The notes: a model not told the origin generated them from the sequence alone. A DNA stretch of 64,000 nt from an uncultured Methanomassiliicoccales archaeon (GCA_963695345.1 OY968769.1:576001-640000), one strand, 5' to 3'; counted from the stretch's first letter, positions 42,889 through 56,365 are shown. Translations and numbers: made by a program.

Positions 42889-43200
42889 TTAGGACCGGAG
42901 AACGATCTCGATGTTAACACCATCTGGCACTTGAATTCTCATCAGTTGCCTCAGGGCGCGCTCATCTGCGTCTAGATCGATCAGTCTCTTGTGGATACGC
43001 ATCTCCCACCTGTCCCATGTCTCCGAGCCCTCTCCGTCCGGGCTCTTCCGGCAAGGGACCTGGAGCCTCTTGGTAGGCAGGGGGATAGGTCCGCGTATAG
43101 CGACGCCGGTCCTTTGGGAGATCTGCTTTATCTGTCCACAGACAGAATCGACCTTCTTTGGGTCCGTGCCGCTCAGTGAAATCCTTGCGCGCTGTGCCAT
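42889..43200 (-). CDS. rps10: 30S ribosomal protein S10
   Basis: [33 protein letters not shown]. Confidence 0.97.
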   Translation of the reverse strand: MAQRARISLSGTDPKKVDSVCGQIKQISQRTGVAIRGPIPLPTKRLQVPCRKSPDGEGSETWDRWEMRIHKRLIDLDADERALRQLMRIQVPDGVNIEIVLRS

Positions 43201-43238
43201 GTGATCATCTCAAAATATAAAGAGGAAAGGGAAGGGGT

Positions 43239-44522
43239 TTACATCTCCTTCTTTTCGACTTCGATGCACATACCGGCGGCGACGGTTGCGCCCATGTCAC
43301 GGATGGCAAACCTACCGAGCTGTGGGAAGTCCTTTGCCCTCTCCACAACCATTGGCTTGGTCGGCTCTACCTTGACGATGGCGACATCGCCGGTCTTCAG
43401 GAAGGTGGGGTTCTCCTCCTTCACTGCGCCGGTCTTCGGGTCGAGCTTCTTCTGGAGCTCGATGAAGGAACATGCAACCTGGGCAGTGTGGCAGTGGAAC
43501 ACCGGGGTGTATCCGACTGGTATTGCCGTAGGGTGGTTCAGGACGACGATCTGGGCGATGAAGGTCTTGGCGACGGTCGGCGGGTTGTCGACTGGGCCTG
43601 CTACATCTCCCCTCTTGATGTCGTTCTTGGCTATGCCCCTGACGTTGAATCCGACGTTGTCGCCGGGGAGCGCCTGGGTCAGCTGTTCGTGGTGCATCTC
43701 GATGCTCTTGACTTCGCCTACCTTGTTGGACGGCATGAAGATGATCTTCATGTCCGGCCTCAGGGTACCGGTCTCGACACGCCCGACCGGGACGGTTCCG
43801 ATACCGGTGATGGTGTAGACGTCCTGGATCGGCAGCCTGAGGGCGAGGTTCGCCTGGGTGGCCGGGACCTTCAGCTTGTTGAGGGTCTCGATCAGGGTGT
43901 CTCCCTTGTACCACGGCATCTCTGCGGTGCCCTTCTTCAGGATGTTGCAGCCAGTGTAGGCGCTGATCGGGATGAACGGTACTTCCTCGATCTTGTAGCC
44001 GATGTTCTTCAGGAGGGCCGAGACGGCTTCCTTGGCGGTGTTGAAGGTCTTCTCGTCGTAGGCCGGCTTGGTGGCGTCCATCTTGTTGATGGCGATCATG
44101 ATCTGCTTGACACCGAGCACCTTGGCCAAGAAGATGTGCTCCTTGGTCTGGGCCTGCGGTCCGTCGGAAGCGGATACGACGACGCATGCGGCGTCTGCCT
44201 GGGAGGTACCGGTGATCATGTTCTTGACGAAGTCCCGGTGACCGGGGGCGTCAATGACGGTGAAGTAGTACTTGTCGGTCATGAACTTCTTGTGAGAGAC
44301 GTCGATGGTGACACCGCGCTCTCTTTCTTCCTTCAGGTTGTCCATGACCCATGCGAACTCGAAGGTTGCCTTTCCCTTCTCTTCCGCGAGCTTCTTGTAC
44401 TTTTCGATGACGAACTTGTCTATCGCGCCGGTCTCGAGCAACACCCGACCGACTGTGGTGGACTTTCCGTGATCGACATGACCTATGAACACAATGTTCA
44501 TGTGGGGCTTTTCTGATGCCAT
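43239..44522 (-). CDS. tuf: Translation elongation factor EF-1 alpha
   Basis: [38 protein letters not shown]. Confidence 0.98.
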   Translation of the reverse strand: MASEKPHMNIVFIGHVDHGKSTTVGRVLLETGAIDKFVIEKYKKLAEEKGKATFEFAWVMDNLKEERERGVTIDVSHKKFMTDKYYFTVIDAPGHRDFVKNMITGTSQADAACVVVSASDGPQAQTKEHIFLAKVLGVKQIMIAINKMDATKPAYDEKTFNTAKEAVSALLKNIGYKIEEVPFIPISAYTGCNILKKGTAEMPWYKGDTLIETLNKLKVPATQANLALRLPIQDVYTITGIGTVPVGRVETGTLRPDMKIIFMPSNKVGEVKSIEMHHEQLTQALPGDNVGFNVRGIAKNDIKRGDVAGPVDNPPTVAKTFIAQIVVLNHPTAIPVGYTPVFHCHTAQVACSFIELQKKLDPKTGAVKEENPTFLKTGDVAIVKVEPTKPMVVERAKDFPQLGRFAIRDMGATVAAGMCIEVEKKEM

Positions 44523-44610
44523 TTTTTCATCCTCCTTTTTATTTTCTATATCCTGGTAATATGCTTGATTTTTCTCGATACCGTTCTTGATATATAACGG
44601 TTTTTCATCC

Positions 44611-46806
44611 TCAGCCAGAGTAGTACGCGGCGTCGTAAGGCTCTGGGTTGAGGCCCTTCCTCTTGCGTATTTCGCCTACTACCTTTGACAGCAGTTCCTT
44701 CGGGACGATCACGAAGCCGGCGTTCTCCGTGGACCACAGAGCGCGGCCCTGGGTCGCGCCACGGATGGCGCTGGCGAATCCGAACATCTCGGCGACCGGC
44801 GCCCTGGCGACGATGACCGCGTTGATGCCTTCCTGGTTGATCTCCTCGATGGTGGACCGTCTGGACTGGAGCTCACGTATTGCGTCTCCCATCAGGTCCT
44901 GCGGGACGTTGATGTAGATCTTGGTTATCGGCTCTAGCAGTACTCTTTCTCCCATGCACATGGCGCCATAGATGGCCGACCTTGTGGCTGGGATGACCTG
45001 GCCCGGTCCCCTGTGGATCGAGTCCTCGTGCAGCTTGGCATCGACCAGCAGCATCTTGACGCCGGCGCACTTCTCTTGGGCGAGAGGGCCGACGTTCATT
45101 GCCTCGTCGAAAGCCTGCTTGCACAGTTCCATCGTCTCGTGCAGGTTCTGGATACCTTTGGTCATGTCGATCAGGACGTTGTTGTCCTTGAACGCCACGA
45201 CGCCCTTGGCCTGTTCCTTGTCCATCCCCAGGTCGCTGAGCTGCTTGGCCAGCGCCTTCGGGTCCTTGATCTTCCCGTCGACCTTGATGTCGCCGGCCTT
45301 GATCGCGGCCACGATGGAGTCCTCCAGCGGGAGTACTTCCATGAAGAACCGGTTGTGCTTGTTCGGCGACTTGCCTTCGAACGGGCCGCCGTGCTGTTTA
45401 ACGCACTCGCGGTAAACGACGATCGGCGCGGATGCCTTGATCTCCACCTTGTGATCGTTGACGATCCTGTATTGCGTGATATCCAGGTGCAGCTCTCCCA
45501 TGCCGGACAGTAGGTTCTCCCCGGTCTCCTGGTTGATCTGGACTTGGATGGACGGGTCCGCCTTGGCGACGGTCCTCAGCACCTCGACCAGCTTCGGCAG
45601 GTCCTTCATGTGCTTGGCCTCGATGGCCACGGTGACCACCGGCTCGGAATAGTGGGTGATCTTTTCGAAGGCTTCCATGTCCTTGGCGGTCGAAACGGTC
45701 GATCCCGCGAAGGCGTCCTTCAATCCGGCCAGTGCCACGATGTTTCCGGCGTCGACCTCGTCGACCGGGATACGGTCCGCGCCAACGCTCAGTGAGACGG
45801 TCTGGCAGCGGTTCATGCCCATGCCGACGATGTTGAGTTCCATGCCACGGGTGACCTTACCGGAGAACAGACGGCCGATGGCCACCTCTCCAGCATGGGG
45901 GTCCATGATGATCTTGGTGCACATGAAAGTGACCGGACCGTTGGAATCGCAGTTCATCATTGCCTTGCCGACCTCGGTCTCCAGGTCTCCCTTCCAGATG
46001 ACCGGGATACGGACCTTCTGGGCGTCCTGCGGGTTCGGGACGTGGGTGATGACCATGTCGAGCAGGACCTCGTGGACCGGGGACCTCTTGGCGAGGGTCT
46101 TCTGGTCTCCGTTCTTGCAGTACTCGTAGACGTCCTTGAACGAGATGTTGGACTTCTTCATGTACGGCGCGGAGATGGCCCAGTTGTTGTAGGCGGAACC
46201 GAACGCCACGGAGCCGTCCTCGACCTTGACCTGCCATGACTTGCGCAGGTCCTCGGGCAGCTGGGTCAATATCCTCTTGTTGACCTCGGCGATGATCTTG
46301 ACAAAGCGTTCCTGCATCTGCTGCTGGGTGACCTTGAGCTCGTTTACCAGGCGGTCGACCTTGTTGATGAACAGGACCGGCCTGACGCGCTCCTTCAGCG
46401 CCTGCCTGATGACGGTCTCGGTCTGGGGCATGATGCCCTCAACCGCGCAGACCAGGATGATGCAGCCATCCAGCGCCCTCATGGCCCTGGTGACGTCCCC
46501 ACCGAAGTCGACGTGACCCGGGGTATCGATCAGGTTGATCAGGTATTCGTGACCGCCGTAGCTGTGGACCATCGATGCGTTGGCGGCGTTGATGGTGATG
46601 CCGCGGGCCTGCTCCTGCTCGTCGAAATCGAGCATGAGCTGCTTGCCTGCCAGGTTCTCCGACATCATGCCGGCGCCGGCGATCAGGTTGTCACTGAGCG
46701 TTGTCTTGCCGTGGTCGATATGGGCCGCCGTTCCGATGTTACGGATGTACTTCGGCGTCCGCATGATGGCCTGGGCCTTTGCGATGTTATCCTCTTTACG
46801 TCCCAT
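44611..46806 (-). CDS. fusA: Translation elongation factor EF-2
   Basis: [29 protein letters not shown], diphthamide loop HEDSIHRG. Confidence 0.98.
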   Translation of the reverse strand: MGRKEDNIAKAQAIMRTPKYIRNIGTAAHIDHGKTTLSDNLIAGAGMMSENLAGKQLMLDFDEQEQARGITINAANASMVHSYGGHEYLINLIDTPGHVDFGGDVTRAMRALDGCIILVCAVEGIMPQTETVIRQALKERVRPVLFINKVDRLVNELKVTQQQMQERFVKIIAEVNKRILTQLPEDLRKSWQVKVEDGSVAFGSAYNNWAISAPYMKKSNISFKDVYEYCKNGDQKTLAKRSPVHEVLLDMVITHVPNPQDAQKVRIPVIWKGDLETEVGKAMMNCDSNGPVTFMCTKIIMDPHAGEVAIGRLFSGKVTRGMELNIVGMGMNRCQTVSLSVGADRIPVDEVDAGNIVALAGLKDAFAGSTVSTAKDMEAFEKITHYSEPVVTVAIEAKHMKDLPKLVEVLRTVAKADPSIQVQINQETGENLLSGMGELHLDITQYRIVNDHKVEIKASAPIVVYRECVKQHGGPFEGKSPNKHNRFFMEVLPLEDSIVAAIKAGDIKVDGKIKDPKALAKQLSDLGMDKEQAKGVVAFKDNNVLIDMTKGIQNLHETMELCKQAFDEAMNVGPLAQEKCAGVKMLLVDAKLHEDSIHRGPGQVIPATRSAIYGAMCMGERVLLEPITKIYINVPQDLMGDAIRELQSRRSTIEEINQEGINAVIVARAPVAEMFGFASAIRGATQGRALWSTENAGFVIVPKELLSKVVGEIRKRKGLNPEPYDAAYYSG

Positions 46807-46823
46807 AGATCCCACCTTTTAGT

Positions 46824-47423
46824 TCAGCGTGCCGACTGCGCGACCCTTTCAACTTCTTCCTTCTTGGCGACGGAGAAGCTGTTCATGTCGTTCTTGGAGG
46901 CGAGTATGAGCTCGTCGGCCAAGCACAGTTCGATGGGCTTTGTTGTCTTGAACGATGCCTGGATCGCTCCCTTGGAGATGTTCCTCAGGGCGATGTCCAG
47001 GCGCCTTGAAGGTGCGATATCGACGGCCTTCGGTACGGATATTCCTCCGAACTGGAGCCGGGTGATCTCTTCCCGCGGCGCGGCGTTCTCCAGTGCCTCG
47101 ACCAGGACTTGGACCGGGTTCTTCTTGGTCCTCTCGGCGATGACATCGAAGGCGTCCTTGGTCACACGGTAGGCCTTCATCTTCTTGCCGGTGTAGACCT
47201 CGGTCCTCATCATGTTGTTGAGCAGGCGCTCCACGATGTTGACCTTGGACTTTCCGAACCAGCGGTTGGCGTGCCTCGCGTCGCTGTGCGGCAATGAGAT
47301 CGGGCTGAGGTTGATGTACTTGGCCAGTCCGCCGTCCTTGACGACGACGTCGGCCATTGCGAACTTTCCGAACAACAGGATGTTGTTGAATTGAAGGGTA
47401 GTCTCTTCTGCCAAAGAATTCAC
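46824..47423 (-). CDS. rps7: 30S ribosomal protein S7
   Basis: [42 protein letters not shown]. Confidence 0.96.
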   Translation of the reverse strand: MNSLAEETTLQFNNILLFGKFAMADVVVKDGGLAKYINLSPISLPHSDARHANRWFGKSKVNIVERLLNNMMRTEVYTGKKMKAYRVTKDAFDVIAERTKKNPVQVLVEALENAAPREEITRLQFGGISVPKAVDIAPSRRLDIALRNISKGAIQASFKTTKPIELCLADELILASKNDMNSFSVAKKEEVERVAQSAR

Positions 47424-47848
47424 CTCACTGGCTTTTCTTTTCTGCCCCTGACGAGTTCGTTGAGGGACACATTGTTCACCTGGATGACCTTGAACCTGAC
47501 ACCAGGAATGTCACCGTATGAACGACCCATTCTGCCGCCGATGCCCTCTACTAGGACCTCGTCGTGCTCGTCAATGAAATTGATGGCGCCGTCGCCGACC
47601 GCGAAAGCGGTGATCTGCCTGCCGTTCTTGATCAGTTGTACCTTGACGCACTTTCTGATAGCGGAGTTAGGCTGCTTGGCCTCGATACCGACCTTCTCAA
47701 GTACGATGCCCCTGGCCTGGGATGCCCCTTCCAACGGGTCAGACTTCTCTTTGAGCTTGAGCATTCTTCTCTTGTAAGAGCTGTCACTCCATCGGAACTT
47801 CTGCCTGTCTGATGCGAGCTTCCTGGCAGTGTATAATCCTCGTGCCAA
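47420..47848 (-). CDS. rps12: 30S ribosomal protein S12
   Basis: [27 protein letters not shown]; TTG start at 47848 after GGTGA. Confidence 0.96.
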   Translation of the reverse strand: MARGLYTARKLASDRQKFRWSDSSYKRRMLKLKEKSDPLEGASQARGIVLEKVGIEAKQPNSAIRKCVKVQLIKNGRQITAFAVGDGAINFIDEHDEVLVEGIGGRMGRSYGDIPGVRFKVIQVNNVSLNELVRGRKEKPVR

Positions 47849-48141
47849 TATATTCACCTTCATTATCTGAAGCAGACTCCCAATACCGCATGTCGTATTT
47901 AAGAGTATAGGGCTAACGATTGTGCCCTCTGGCTCTCAAATTTTCGACCGATGGATGGCTAACTGTCTGCGATTTGCGTTGGTCGATGGAAAGAACATCT
48001 CATTTATATCCCTTCCTATCGTTTGCAAAAAACTCGTAAGTCAGTTTTCGGTTCTATTCAGGAAGGCTCGGATCGATGTCCCAGACTAAAACGGCATAGG
48101 TTTATGAATCCGGGCAGTATTATGATTTCCAGGGATGGGAT

Positions 48142-48824
48142 ATGGTAGAGAAAGCGTGCGAGGGCGCTGACCAGCTTCAGCGAGCACAGTCGATCATTGA
48201 GTACGGTCTTGCAGTGGTCATCCCCTCGTTCTTCGCCTGCATGATGTTCTCATATGTCATTGCACAGGAACTCTTCAACGTGTTCTTCGTCATCTCCATC
48301 GATAGTCGGCGGCGCTGCTGATGATCCCGGCCAAGATGGTAAGCGATCTGCACTTCGAATGCTGGTCGAAGCATGTCATGCCCAAGAAGTTGGTCAATGG
48401 TATGCTCGGCATGATCTACATATCCGAGGTGTCGGTTTTCGCCGCTTCGCTATTATCTATGTACAAGGGGCTCAACCCGGAACAGCCGCTCACCTTCGCC
48501 ATCATCGGCGGCCTCATGATGGTGCTGATCATCGTGCTGGCGTTCAACGACCGGTACGGCAAGGTGCTTGCCGAGATGGACAAGCGTTGCCTTCGGATGA
48601 CCTCGGACAAGGCCCGCGACAAGGTAGTAAGCGCACTTGGGACGTCGGGAACGTCCTTCGAGGTCACACCAGTCAAGAACGGGTTCGTGGTCTCCATGAA
48701 GGCCGATGCCCTGAACATCCACATCAAGCCGTTGGGGACAGGGTCCTCCGAGATAATCCTGGAAAGGCAGGCCGGGGCCTCCGACGCCGTGGTCGAGGCG
48801 GTCAAGGCCGCCATCATCGCCTGA
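48142..48824 (+). CDS. Hypothetical membrane protein (frameshift near 48300)
   Basis: Hydrophobic ORF from 48142 continues into ORF 48321..48824 after frame correction. Confidence 0.55.
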
Positions 48825-49399
48825 TCACGGGTTACCCTTAGATTCTCCTTTCACCAGGGCGGCGGCAATCAGGTGGGCCAGGCGAATCGGCTCCGGTATG
48901 GCGCCCAGGACGGTGCTCCCCCGTATCAGTTCCCGCATGTCCCCGATCGATGCGCCGGCGACCGAAGCGAACACCGGTCCGTGCTCGGTCTCCACCTCGG
49001 TGAGCGGGTGCCTCTCAACGACGTCTAGCCGGTCCTGCCAATCCGGAAAATGCTTCTGCAGTGCGGCGCTCATCGAATCGATGTCGGGACGATCCCGGGT
49101 AACCGTGCAGAAAGGGATCCCGGTCTCCTCGTAAAGGCGATCGATGTCCACTATGTTGAAGCCGCCCAGGGAAGTGCCGTCGATCATGACCATCTTGATC
49201 TGCTCACGGTACCGGGACCTGGCGATCAGTCCGATGATCGACCTGATCGGCGTCATCGCCCGTCGACGGTAACTTCCGAGACCATGACCCCCTCCACATA
49301 CCCCGGGAGACGCATGACGACGCCGACGATCGGGACCTTGCCGTCCCTGAAAGAGAAAGGTGCGTCGTCGATCCCCAGGACGCGCACCTGCTGCTTCAT
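48825..49399 (-). CDS. DUF99-family (endonuclease V-like) protein (frameshifted)
   Basis: RVLGIDDAPF, TVDGDD, IDG..LGGFNIVD, IPEPIRLAHLIA. Confidence 0.85.
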
Positions 49400-49762
49400 C
49401 TACATCAGCCCCAGATGACCAGTGACCTTGTCGATGAGATTGTCCGGTGCCGGTCCGATGCCGAGGCAGGTGGTGGTGTTCGGCGGCAGCTCGGTCATGC
49501 CGGCGTCGACGATCAGCGAAGAGACCAGCCCGATGGCCTCGGCCGCCGCCTTCACCTGGTGGAGCTCGAGAAGGCTGTTCACCTTGACGACGACCTTCTT
49601 CTGGCCTTCGTTGTACCAGGCGTCGAAATACATGGGGCTGCGCTTCTTCGCGATGAGGGCGCAGTTCACCGCCGCATGGGCCACCTGGGCCGCCATCTTG
49701 CCCGGCGACAGCTTAAGGTCCTTGCGGACGACAATGACCATTTTGAAATTGAAAGATGCCAT
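49400..49762 (-). CDS. pth2: Peptidyl-tRNA hydrolase Pth2
   Basis: KMVIVVRKDL...GKMAAQVAHAA, GQKKVV, DAG.TE, LGIGP, IDKVTG.L. Confidence 0.95.
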   Translation of the reverse strand: MASFNFKMVIVVRKDLKLSPGKMAAQVAHAAVNCALIAKKRSPMYFDAWYNEGQKKVVVKVNSLLELHQVKAAAEAIGLVSSLIVDAGMTELPPNTTTCLGIGPAPDNLIDKVTGHLGLM

Positions 49763-49810
49763 CTGGATTCGGTCTATGATTTACCCTGAGCGTAAAAAGC
49801 TTTCCGCGGC

Positions 49811-50042
49811 TCAGAGGTCACCGAAGGTCATCGGGAACGATTTGCGCAGCTCCCTTTCCTGGAGGCGCCTCATCTTCTCGACCAGGTCCTTGAGCTCCTG
49901 GTCGCTGTAGTGGAAACATATTTCCGCCGTGCAGATCGGGCAGCGGTAGTGACTCCCCCTCCCTGCAGGCATTCACCGGCACCGTGATCTTGATACCGCA
50001 TTTCGGGCAATCCAACAGAAGGCTCTCCTCAATCTCGGGCAT
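49811..50042 (-). CDS. Small zinc-finger protein (frameshifted)
   Basis: LDCPKCG...YRCPICTA after frame correction. Confidence 0.55.
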
Positions 50043-50154
50043 CGACCGGTCGAGTGCGTTTTCCGGTATTTCAGGGTTGCCTCGGAATGTTCCGGAATCG
50101 GTCAATTACAGAATGGTAGTGAATATTAATATCCCGCTCACATTGGGATGAATA

Positions 50155-52103
50155 ATGTTCGAGATAACGAAAAGGGACGGACTGGCCAGGATCGGCAAGC
50201 TCGAGACTGCGCACGGCGTCCTGGAGACCCCGGCGTTGTTGCCGGTCATCAATCCCCGGCTGATCACCGTCTCTCCGCGGGAGCTATACGATGTCTTTGG
50301 TTTCCAGGGGGTCATCACCAATTCATACATCATAAGGAACGATCCGGTGCTTCGGGAGAAGGCGCTCCAGGGGAAGCTCCATGACCTCCTTGACTTTCCC
50401 GGGACCATCATGACCGACAGCGGGACGTTCCAGTCCCACATGTACGGCGAGGTCGACCTGAAGAACAGCGACATCGTCAATTTCCAGAAGGACATAGGGT
50501 CGGACATCGGGACGGTCCTGGACATCTTCACCGAACCAGAGTGGACCAAGGAGCAGACCGGGGCGGCGGTGGACGTGACCTTGGAGAGGACCAGGGAAGC
50601 CGCCGGCCTGAAGGGCGGCATGATGCTGGCGGGAGTGGTACAGGGCTCTGTCTATCCCGACCTGAGGGAGCACTGCGCCCGGGAGATGGCCTCCATCGCG
50701 GTCGACGTTCACCCGGTGGGCGGGGTGGTCCCGCTCATGGAACAATACCGGTTCGCCGACCTGGTGGACGTGATCGTGGCGTCGAAGAAAGGGCTCAATC
50801 CATCCCGGCCGGTGCACCTGTTCGGCGCCGGACACCCGATGGTCTTCTCGCTGGCCGTCCTGCTCGGATGCGACATGTTCGATTCGGCCTCCTACGCCAA
50901 GTTCGCCCGCGACGACCGCCTGATGACCGTGGAGGGAACCATGCATCTGGCGGATATGAAGGTGCAACGACTGCGACTGCCCGGCGTGCGTCGGCAAGAC
51001 CATCGAACAGATCAAGGCCATGAAGCCGGCGGAGAGGCTGCTGACCCTGGCCCGGCACAATCTCTACACGTCGCTCACCGAGATCGAGAGATGCAGGCGC
51101 GCCATACTGGAAGGGGACATATGGGAACTGGCGGAGAGGCGCTGCCGCTCCCACCCGGCCTTGCTGGACGGGCTCCGCCGGCTGCACGAGCACACCGAAT
51201 ACCTGGAGAAGTTCGAGCCGCTTTCCCGGGACCGGGCCATGTTCTACACCGGACCGGAATCGCTGAACCGCCCCGCCATGCTGCGGTATGAGAAGCGCGT
51301 CTTCTCCCGCTACCGGCAGCCGGAGAACGAGATCCTGGTCGGCTTCGCGGACAGCAGCAAGCCCTATGCCAGACAGTATTCTAGCGAGATCGCCACGATA
51401 TCCAAGACCTCCGACGCCCACTTCATGGTGGTCACGCCGTTCGGTCCGGTCCCGATCGAGCTGGACGAGATGTACCCCATCGCCCAGTCCCTGTTCCCGA
51501 GCACCAACGACCGGGAGACCCAGGAACGGATCAGAGGAGCTGATGGAACGGCAGTCGCACCGGCAGACGTACAAGCTCTCGCTCATGTACGACGGCGAAC
51601 CCACCCTGGAGATGCTGTCCGAGATAGCCAAGGGAAGGTCCAGCTTCGATCTGGACCTCTACCGGATCCGGGCCGTCGCTGACTACCAGTTCGGGGAGGG
51701 GGCGGCCGACGCGCTGTTCTCGGGCAAGATCGACCTGGTCAAGTCAAAGAACACCGACAAGATCCGCAATGTCATCGTGGACGGGGAGCACATCCTGTCG
51801 ATGAGGGCGGAGGATGGTTTCTTCACCATGAGACCGGGGGCAGCCAGGAGGCTCATGAAGGCGTTCCCATCGCCCAGGCTCCGGGTCGATGGTGAGGGAC
51901 GACGCCATCCCCTTCGTCAAGGAGGGCAAGAACACGTTCTGCGGTTTCGTGGTGGACGCCGACCCGGAGCTGCGCCCCATGGACGAGGTCATGGTGGTCG
52001 ACAAGAACGACAATCTGCTGGCCATCGGAAGGGCGATGCTCGTCCCGGACGAGATGATGGCGATGACCAAGGGCATCGCGGTGAAGGTGCGCGAAGGGAG
52101 TAA
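50155..52103 (+). CDS. tgtA: Archaeosine tRNA-guanine(15) transglycosylase with PUA domain (several frameshifts)
   Basis: ETPALLPVINP, ITNSYII, MTDSGTFQ, HLFGAGHP, DMFDSASY, Zn site CxCxxC...HNL, DYQFG and PUA domain. Confidence 0.93.
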
Positions 52104-52113
52104 AGGATTAGGT

Positions 52114-52349
52114 TCAGCACTTCTTACCAGCGGAGGTCATCTCTTCGGCCACCCGGATGCAGGCCGAGCAGGTCTTCCAGCGTGTGCAGCATGGAAGGCA
52201 TCGACTTGGCCTCGCAGACCAGGTGGAAGGTCTTCCCGGTCAACGGCGGCCTTGGCATACGGACCGTTGTCCAGCTCTATCGCCTTCAGTATCGCCTGGG
52301 CCTGCGCCTCGCTCTCAAGGTCCATCTCGATATCGCATTCTACGGACAC
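52114..52349 (-). CDS. pcc1: KEOPS complex subunit Pcc1-like protein (frameshifted)
   Basis: AQAILKAIELDN...A.S..S.LHTLEDLL....AEE pattern across frames. Confidence 0.7.
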
Positions 52350-52486
52350 GCAGGGTGATTGTCTATTCGAGGTAATAAGCGGTTCGGAGCTTGCGGACCG
52401 GCCGAACGATTCGATGATTCCGGCCTAGTGTAACGCTTATCTACGTTGGCGTGGACTATTATTCAACAAGAGCTCGAGGTGCACAT

Positions 52487-53004
52487 ATGGATGTTGTGAA
52501 GGCGATCGAGGAAAGGCACAGCGTCAGAGGTTTCACGGCCGACGACGTACCGATGGAGATAATTGACGAAACTCTCCGGTTGGCGAACCTGGCCCCTTCC
52601 GCCGGCAACCTGCAGGCAAGGGACTTCATCATCGTCAGGGACCTCGAGATGAAGAAGAAGCTTTCCAAGGCCTCATTCGGGCAGCGTTTCGTCGAGGAGG
52701 CCCCGGTCGTCATTGTGGTCTGCAGCAACATGAACCGCATCAAGAACTATGGGGAGAGGGGAGAGAAGCTCTACACCATCCAGGACACCGCGGCTGCCGT
52801 GGTGAACATGATGCTGTACCTGGTGACCAAGGGATACGGGACCTGCTGGGTCGGGGCCTTCGATGAGAAGGAGGTGGGGCGTCTGATGCACCTGCCAGAG
52901 TGCGCCCGGGCGGTCGCCATGATGCCGATCGGCAGGCCCAAGGAATCTGGACGGACCTCGCCCCGGCTGGAGCAGGACACCATCGTGCACAGGAGAAGTG
53001 GTGA
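52487..53004 (+). CDS. Nitroreductase family protein
   Basis: AIEERHSVRGF, LAPSAGNLQ, GTCWVGAFDE; true stop probably TGA at 53002-53004. Confidence 0.88.
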
Positions 53005-53041
53005 AGGAGAGTCTTTCATACCGGAAGGCCCATCAGGTCCC

Positions 53042-53483
53042 ATGGTCCAGATGATCGAGGGTTTCGAGCACGTGGCGCTGGAGGTCCAGAACGCGGAGAC
53101 ATCGCATAGGTTCTACGCCGACGTTTTCGGAGCCGTGGAGACGAACCGCTGGGAGTCGATGGCGCCCGGTATCAGCCGCATCATCTTCGTCGACCTGGGC
53201 GGGACGATCATCGAACTGATCGAGCGGGGCGGGGCGAAGGAACAGTTCCGGGACCACGGCGATGCCGGGATCAAGCACCTCTGCCTGCGGGTCAAGAACC
53301 TGGAGGCGGTGATGGCGATGGTGGAACGGCTCGGGGTCAAGGTCGTCAGCGGCCCGATGTCGATCGACCGATCGAACTACGAACCTACTCCTATCCGATG
53401 GCACCATGGACCTGGACAAGGGCATGAAGCGGGCGGTCGTCTCCGACCCGGACGGCATCCACATAGAATTGTTGGAGAAATGA
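53042..53483 (+). CDS. VOC/glyoxalase family protein (frameshifted)
   Basis: FEHVAL.V...S.RFY..VFG, IELIE, HLCLRV, DPDG..IEL. Confidence 0.82.
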
Positions 53484-53487
53484 GTAG

Positions 53488-53560
53488 TAGCCCCGTCCAG
53501 ATTCGAACTGGAGTCGCTGGCTCCAAAGGCCGGCATGATTGACCGCTACACTACGGGGCT
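53488..53560 (-). tRNA. tRNA-Gln(UUG)
   Basis: AGCCCCG acceptor, anticodon loop CT-TTG-GA, GTTCGAATC T-loop. Confidence 0.93.
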
Positions 53561-53744
53561 GTTCTGACCGCGATATTCGTTCCGCCTATATCTAGCTTAG
53601 TCGTCCAATCATCGCCTGAGGATGACTGGCGGTCGAGCTCGATTTGTCTTTGTTGCAATTCATGGTAAAAGCCTGGAAAATGAGGATCGCCAGACGCCGA
53701 ATAACATCGGACGTCCGGCCCTGCGTTCTTGTAAGGGAAAAGGT

Positions 53745-56365
53745 TTAGCTCGACTCGTCGTCAGCCAGGTCTTCTGCATGACACTTTGCCGCGACGCAGA
53801 TCGGGACGACCTCGATCTTCTTGTATATCTCCTCCGGACGGACCACCGCTCCGCCCTTCATCAGCAGGTCGCTCTCGACCGATATCCCGAACAGGCTCTC
53901 GTTCTCCCTGAGGTAGGGCATGAGCAGTTCCCAGTCCTTGTCGGAGAGCTTCGATATGCGCCCGCCGTTGAGCTGGTCCTCGGTCACCTTGTTCCTCGGG
54001 TCGCGCACGTAGATGGCACCGCCGGATGCCAGGGAGAACAGGTTGCCTCCCGGGTAGGGCTCGGCCAGGTCGAACGCGTTGCCGTCGGCGTCGAATCCCA
54101 GTCCGTTCAGGACCACGAATCCTCCGCCGTTCAGCGGGTCGCCCGCCATGATCGACTCGGCCAGATAGTCCAGGCAGGTCCCGTTGATGACCACCCGCGG
54201 CTTTGCCCACGGCGTTGATCAGCGGCCTTCCGGCGGCGTTGCCGCGGATGTAGACGCTGCCTCCCTTGGCCCCGTACATGAAGGTCTGCCCAACGTCGCC
54301 ATGGATGACGAACTTGCCCGATGCCAGGATCTGCCCCAGCTGGTCCTGTCCGTTGCCGTGGATGATGACCTCGGCCCCGTCCAGACCGGACGCCAGGTAG
54401 TCTCCGGAGCTTCCGTAGACGTCCAGCTTGATGCCGGCCGTGCGCGGGCCCAGCCCGCAGCCGAAGAACCTCTGTCCGGTCGTCCCGAAGGTGATGATGT
54501 TCTTCCAGCCCAGTTCGGCGGCCCGGCAGATGACGTGCGATACTCCCTCCTCCCCTTCCATGGGGAATCCGGTGCAGTCGATGGCCATCGCCCTCTGGCC
54601 GTTCGGGGCGACCAGCGATTGATAGTTCTTCAGGTCCACCAGCGCGGCTGGCGACGATCTGTTCGACTCCACCCGGGGGGCCGATCGCAGCATCGACGCG
54701 ATGCCGTCCGTCAGGAGCGTCGTTATCCGGGCCCTGCGCAGCTTGCCGGTCGGGTACCGGCGGTCGAGCGCGATGGTCAGCAGGTCGATCCTCTTCTGGA
54801 ACTCGTCCCCGTTCTCGGACAGCGCCGACAGCGAGGATATCGTGTCGATGATCTCCTCGGCGGACGATGAAAGGACCGCGTGCTTCCACAGCTGGAACCC
54901 TTGTTCCACGGTACCGGAGAGCATCTTGTCGGCCAGTGCCGACCTCCTGCCCATGGGCAGCGGGTGGGCCATTATGGCATCCGCGGCCATGTCGAACTCC
55001 TTCCCCGGGACCGTGACGCGCGCCCCGAACTTGTTGTTGCAGGTCAGCTGGCGCCCTTTGCCCGGGATGTCCTTCCCGAGGTTGAAGATGAACGACCCGC
55101 CGTCGGTGTGGCTCCCGCCCCGTGGCGTTCCAATACATGTCCGCCTGCAGCGGCAGTGTCTTGTAGTAGCTTGCCAGACTGAGCAGCGCGGAATCGATGG
55201 CCTGCTTCTCCGAGGCGATCAGGCCGATCTGCATCTCCCCCTCGACCAGCGCGAAGACCTGGGGCCTCAGCATCGAGGTGTCGGTGATCCCGATCAGCTG
55301 CAGCTTGTCATTGTAGTGGTCGTTGCGGCTGATGATGAAGAACCAGGGGCCGTCCGGCGAGCGGTGCAGGTGGGTCGACTGGATCGCCCGGTAGATCTTC
55401 TGCTTCTCCGGCGACAGCTGGTGGAAGTCCCTCTCGGTTGTCGGTGCGAGCGCCTCCAGGATGTATTCCAGCGGGTACCCGTAGACCCGGTTGAGCAGGT
55501 CGAACAGCAGCACCGATACCTCGGTGTCGGTCAGGAACAGCGGCTTGATGCCTTTCTGTCCCAGGTATTCGGTCACCGAGACGTAGTTGGCGAAGTCGCC
55601 ATTGTGCACCAGCGCCTCGTCCAGGCCCATGAACGGATGCGCTCCGCCGGGATGCCACACGCGACCCTTGGTGGGATATCTCTGATGTCCGATCCAGATG
55701 TTGGCCTTGAAGTCCTCCATCTTGTAGTAACGGATGACGTCCTCGGCGTAGCCGACGATCTTCATGATCAGCATGTTCCGGCCCTGGGACATGACGAACG
55801 CCTGCATCGCATTGTTCGCGTAGAACTTCTGGTTGATCTCGAAGCTGGTCTGGTTGACGTATTCGTCCTCCACCTGGCCGCGGGCTATCTCCTGGAGCTC
55901 GTTCTCAACGATGAACTTGTCCAGCCTGGCCGGCTTGGCCCGGCAGAAGTAGCGGACGACGGTCGGCGGCCTGACCTCCAGCCTGGCGAGCAGGACCGGC
56001 TCATTGCTGATGGGCACCACGTGCGATGACCTGACGTCGTACCGCTCCTGGATGAACTCCTTCTCCAGCTGTTCCCGCACCTCATCCTTCAGATACGCCA
56101 CCTGGACCAGGTAGTGGCTCTCCAGCGTCTGCCTGTCCACCCCCAGCTGCTCCGGGACCAGGCCCACGGCGGATATGCCGCCGCCCTTGCCGTTGCCCCG
56201 GTTGTGCATCTGTTCCAGCGGCTGCAGTATGTGACAGCCTTCCACCGGCTTCGAGGCGGCCAGTCCGACCACTCCGCATCCGCCCTCGGCCTCCTGGGGC
56301 AGGTACTTGAACGGGTCCTTGGTGATCTTCCTTCTCGATTGCAGTATCTTGTTGGCGGAATCCAT
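53745..56365 (-). CDS. Glutamate synthase subunit: class II glutamine amidotransferase fused to GXGXG beta-helix domain (frameshifted)
   Basis: EGG/CGVVG N-terminal nucleophile, MHNRGNG, HQRYPT, AHPF, HNGD, TDTE; C-terminal GQRFFG, GDYLASG, GDVGQTFMYGAKGG, DYLAES. Confidence 0.88.

Noticed and set aside
52451-53542. Apparent nitroreductase-glyoxalase fusion ORF
   Set aside because: One missing G near 52993 hides the typical ...HREKW* end; the VOC gene has its own ATG at 53042, and the ORF tail runs into tRNA-Gln
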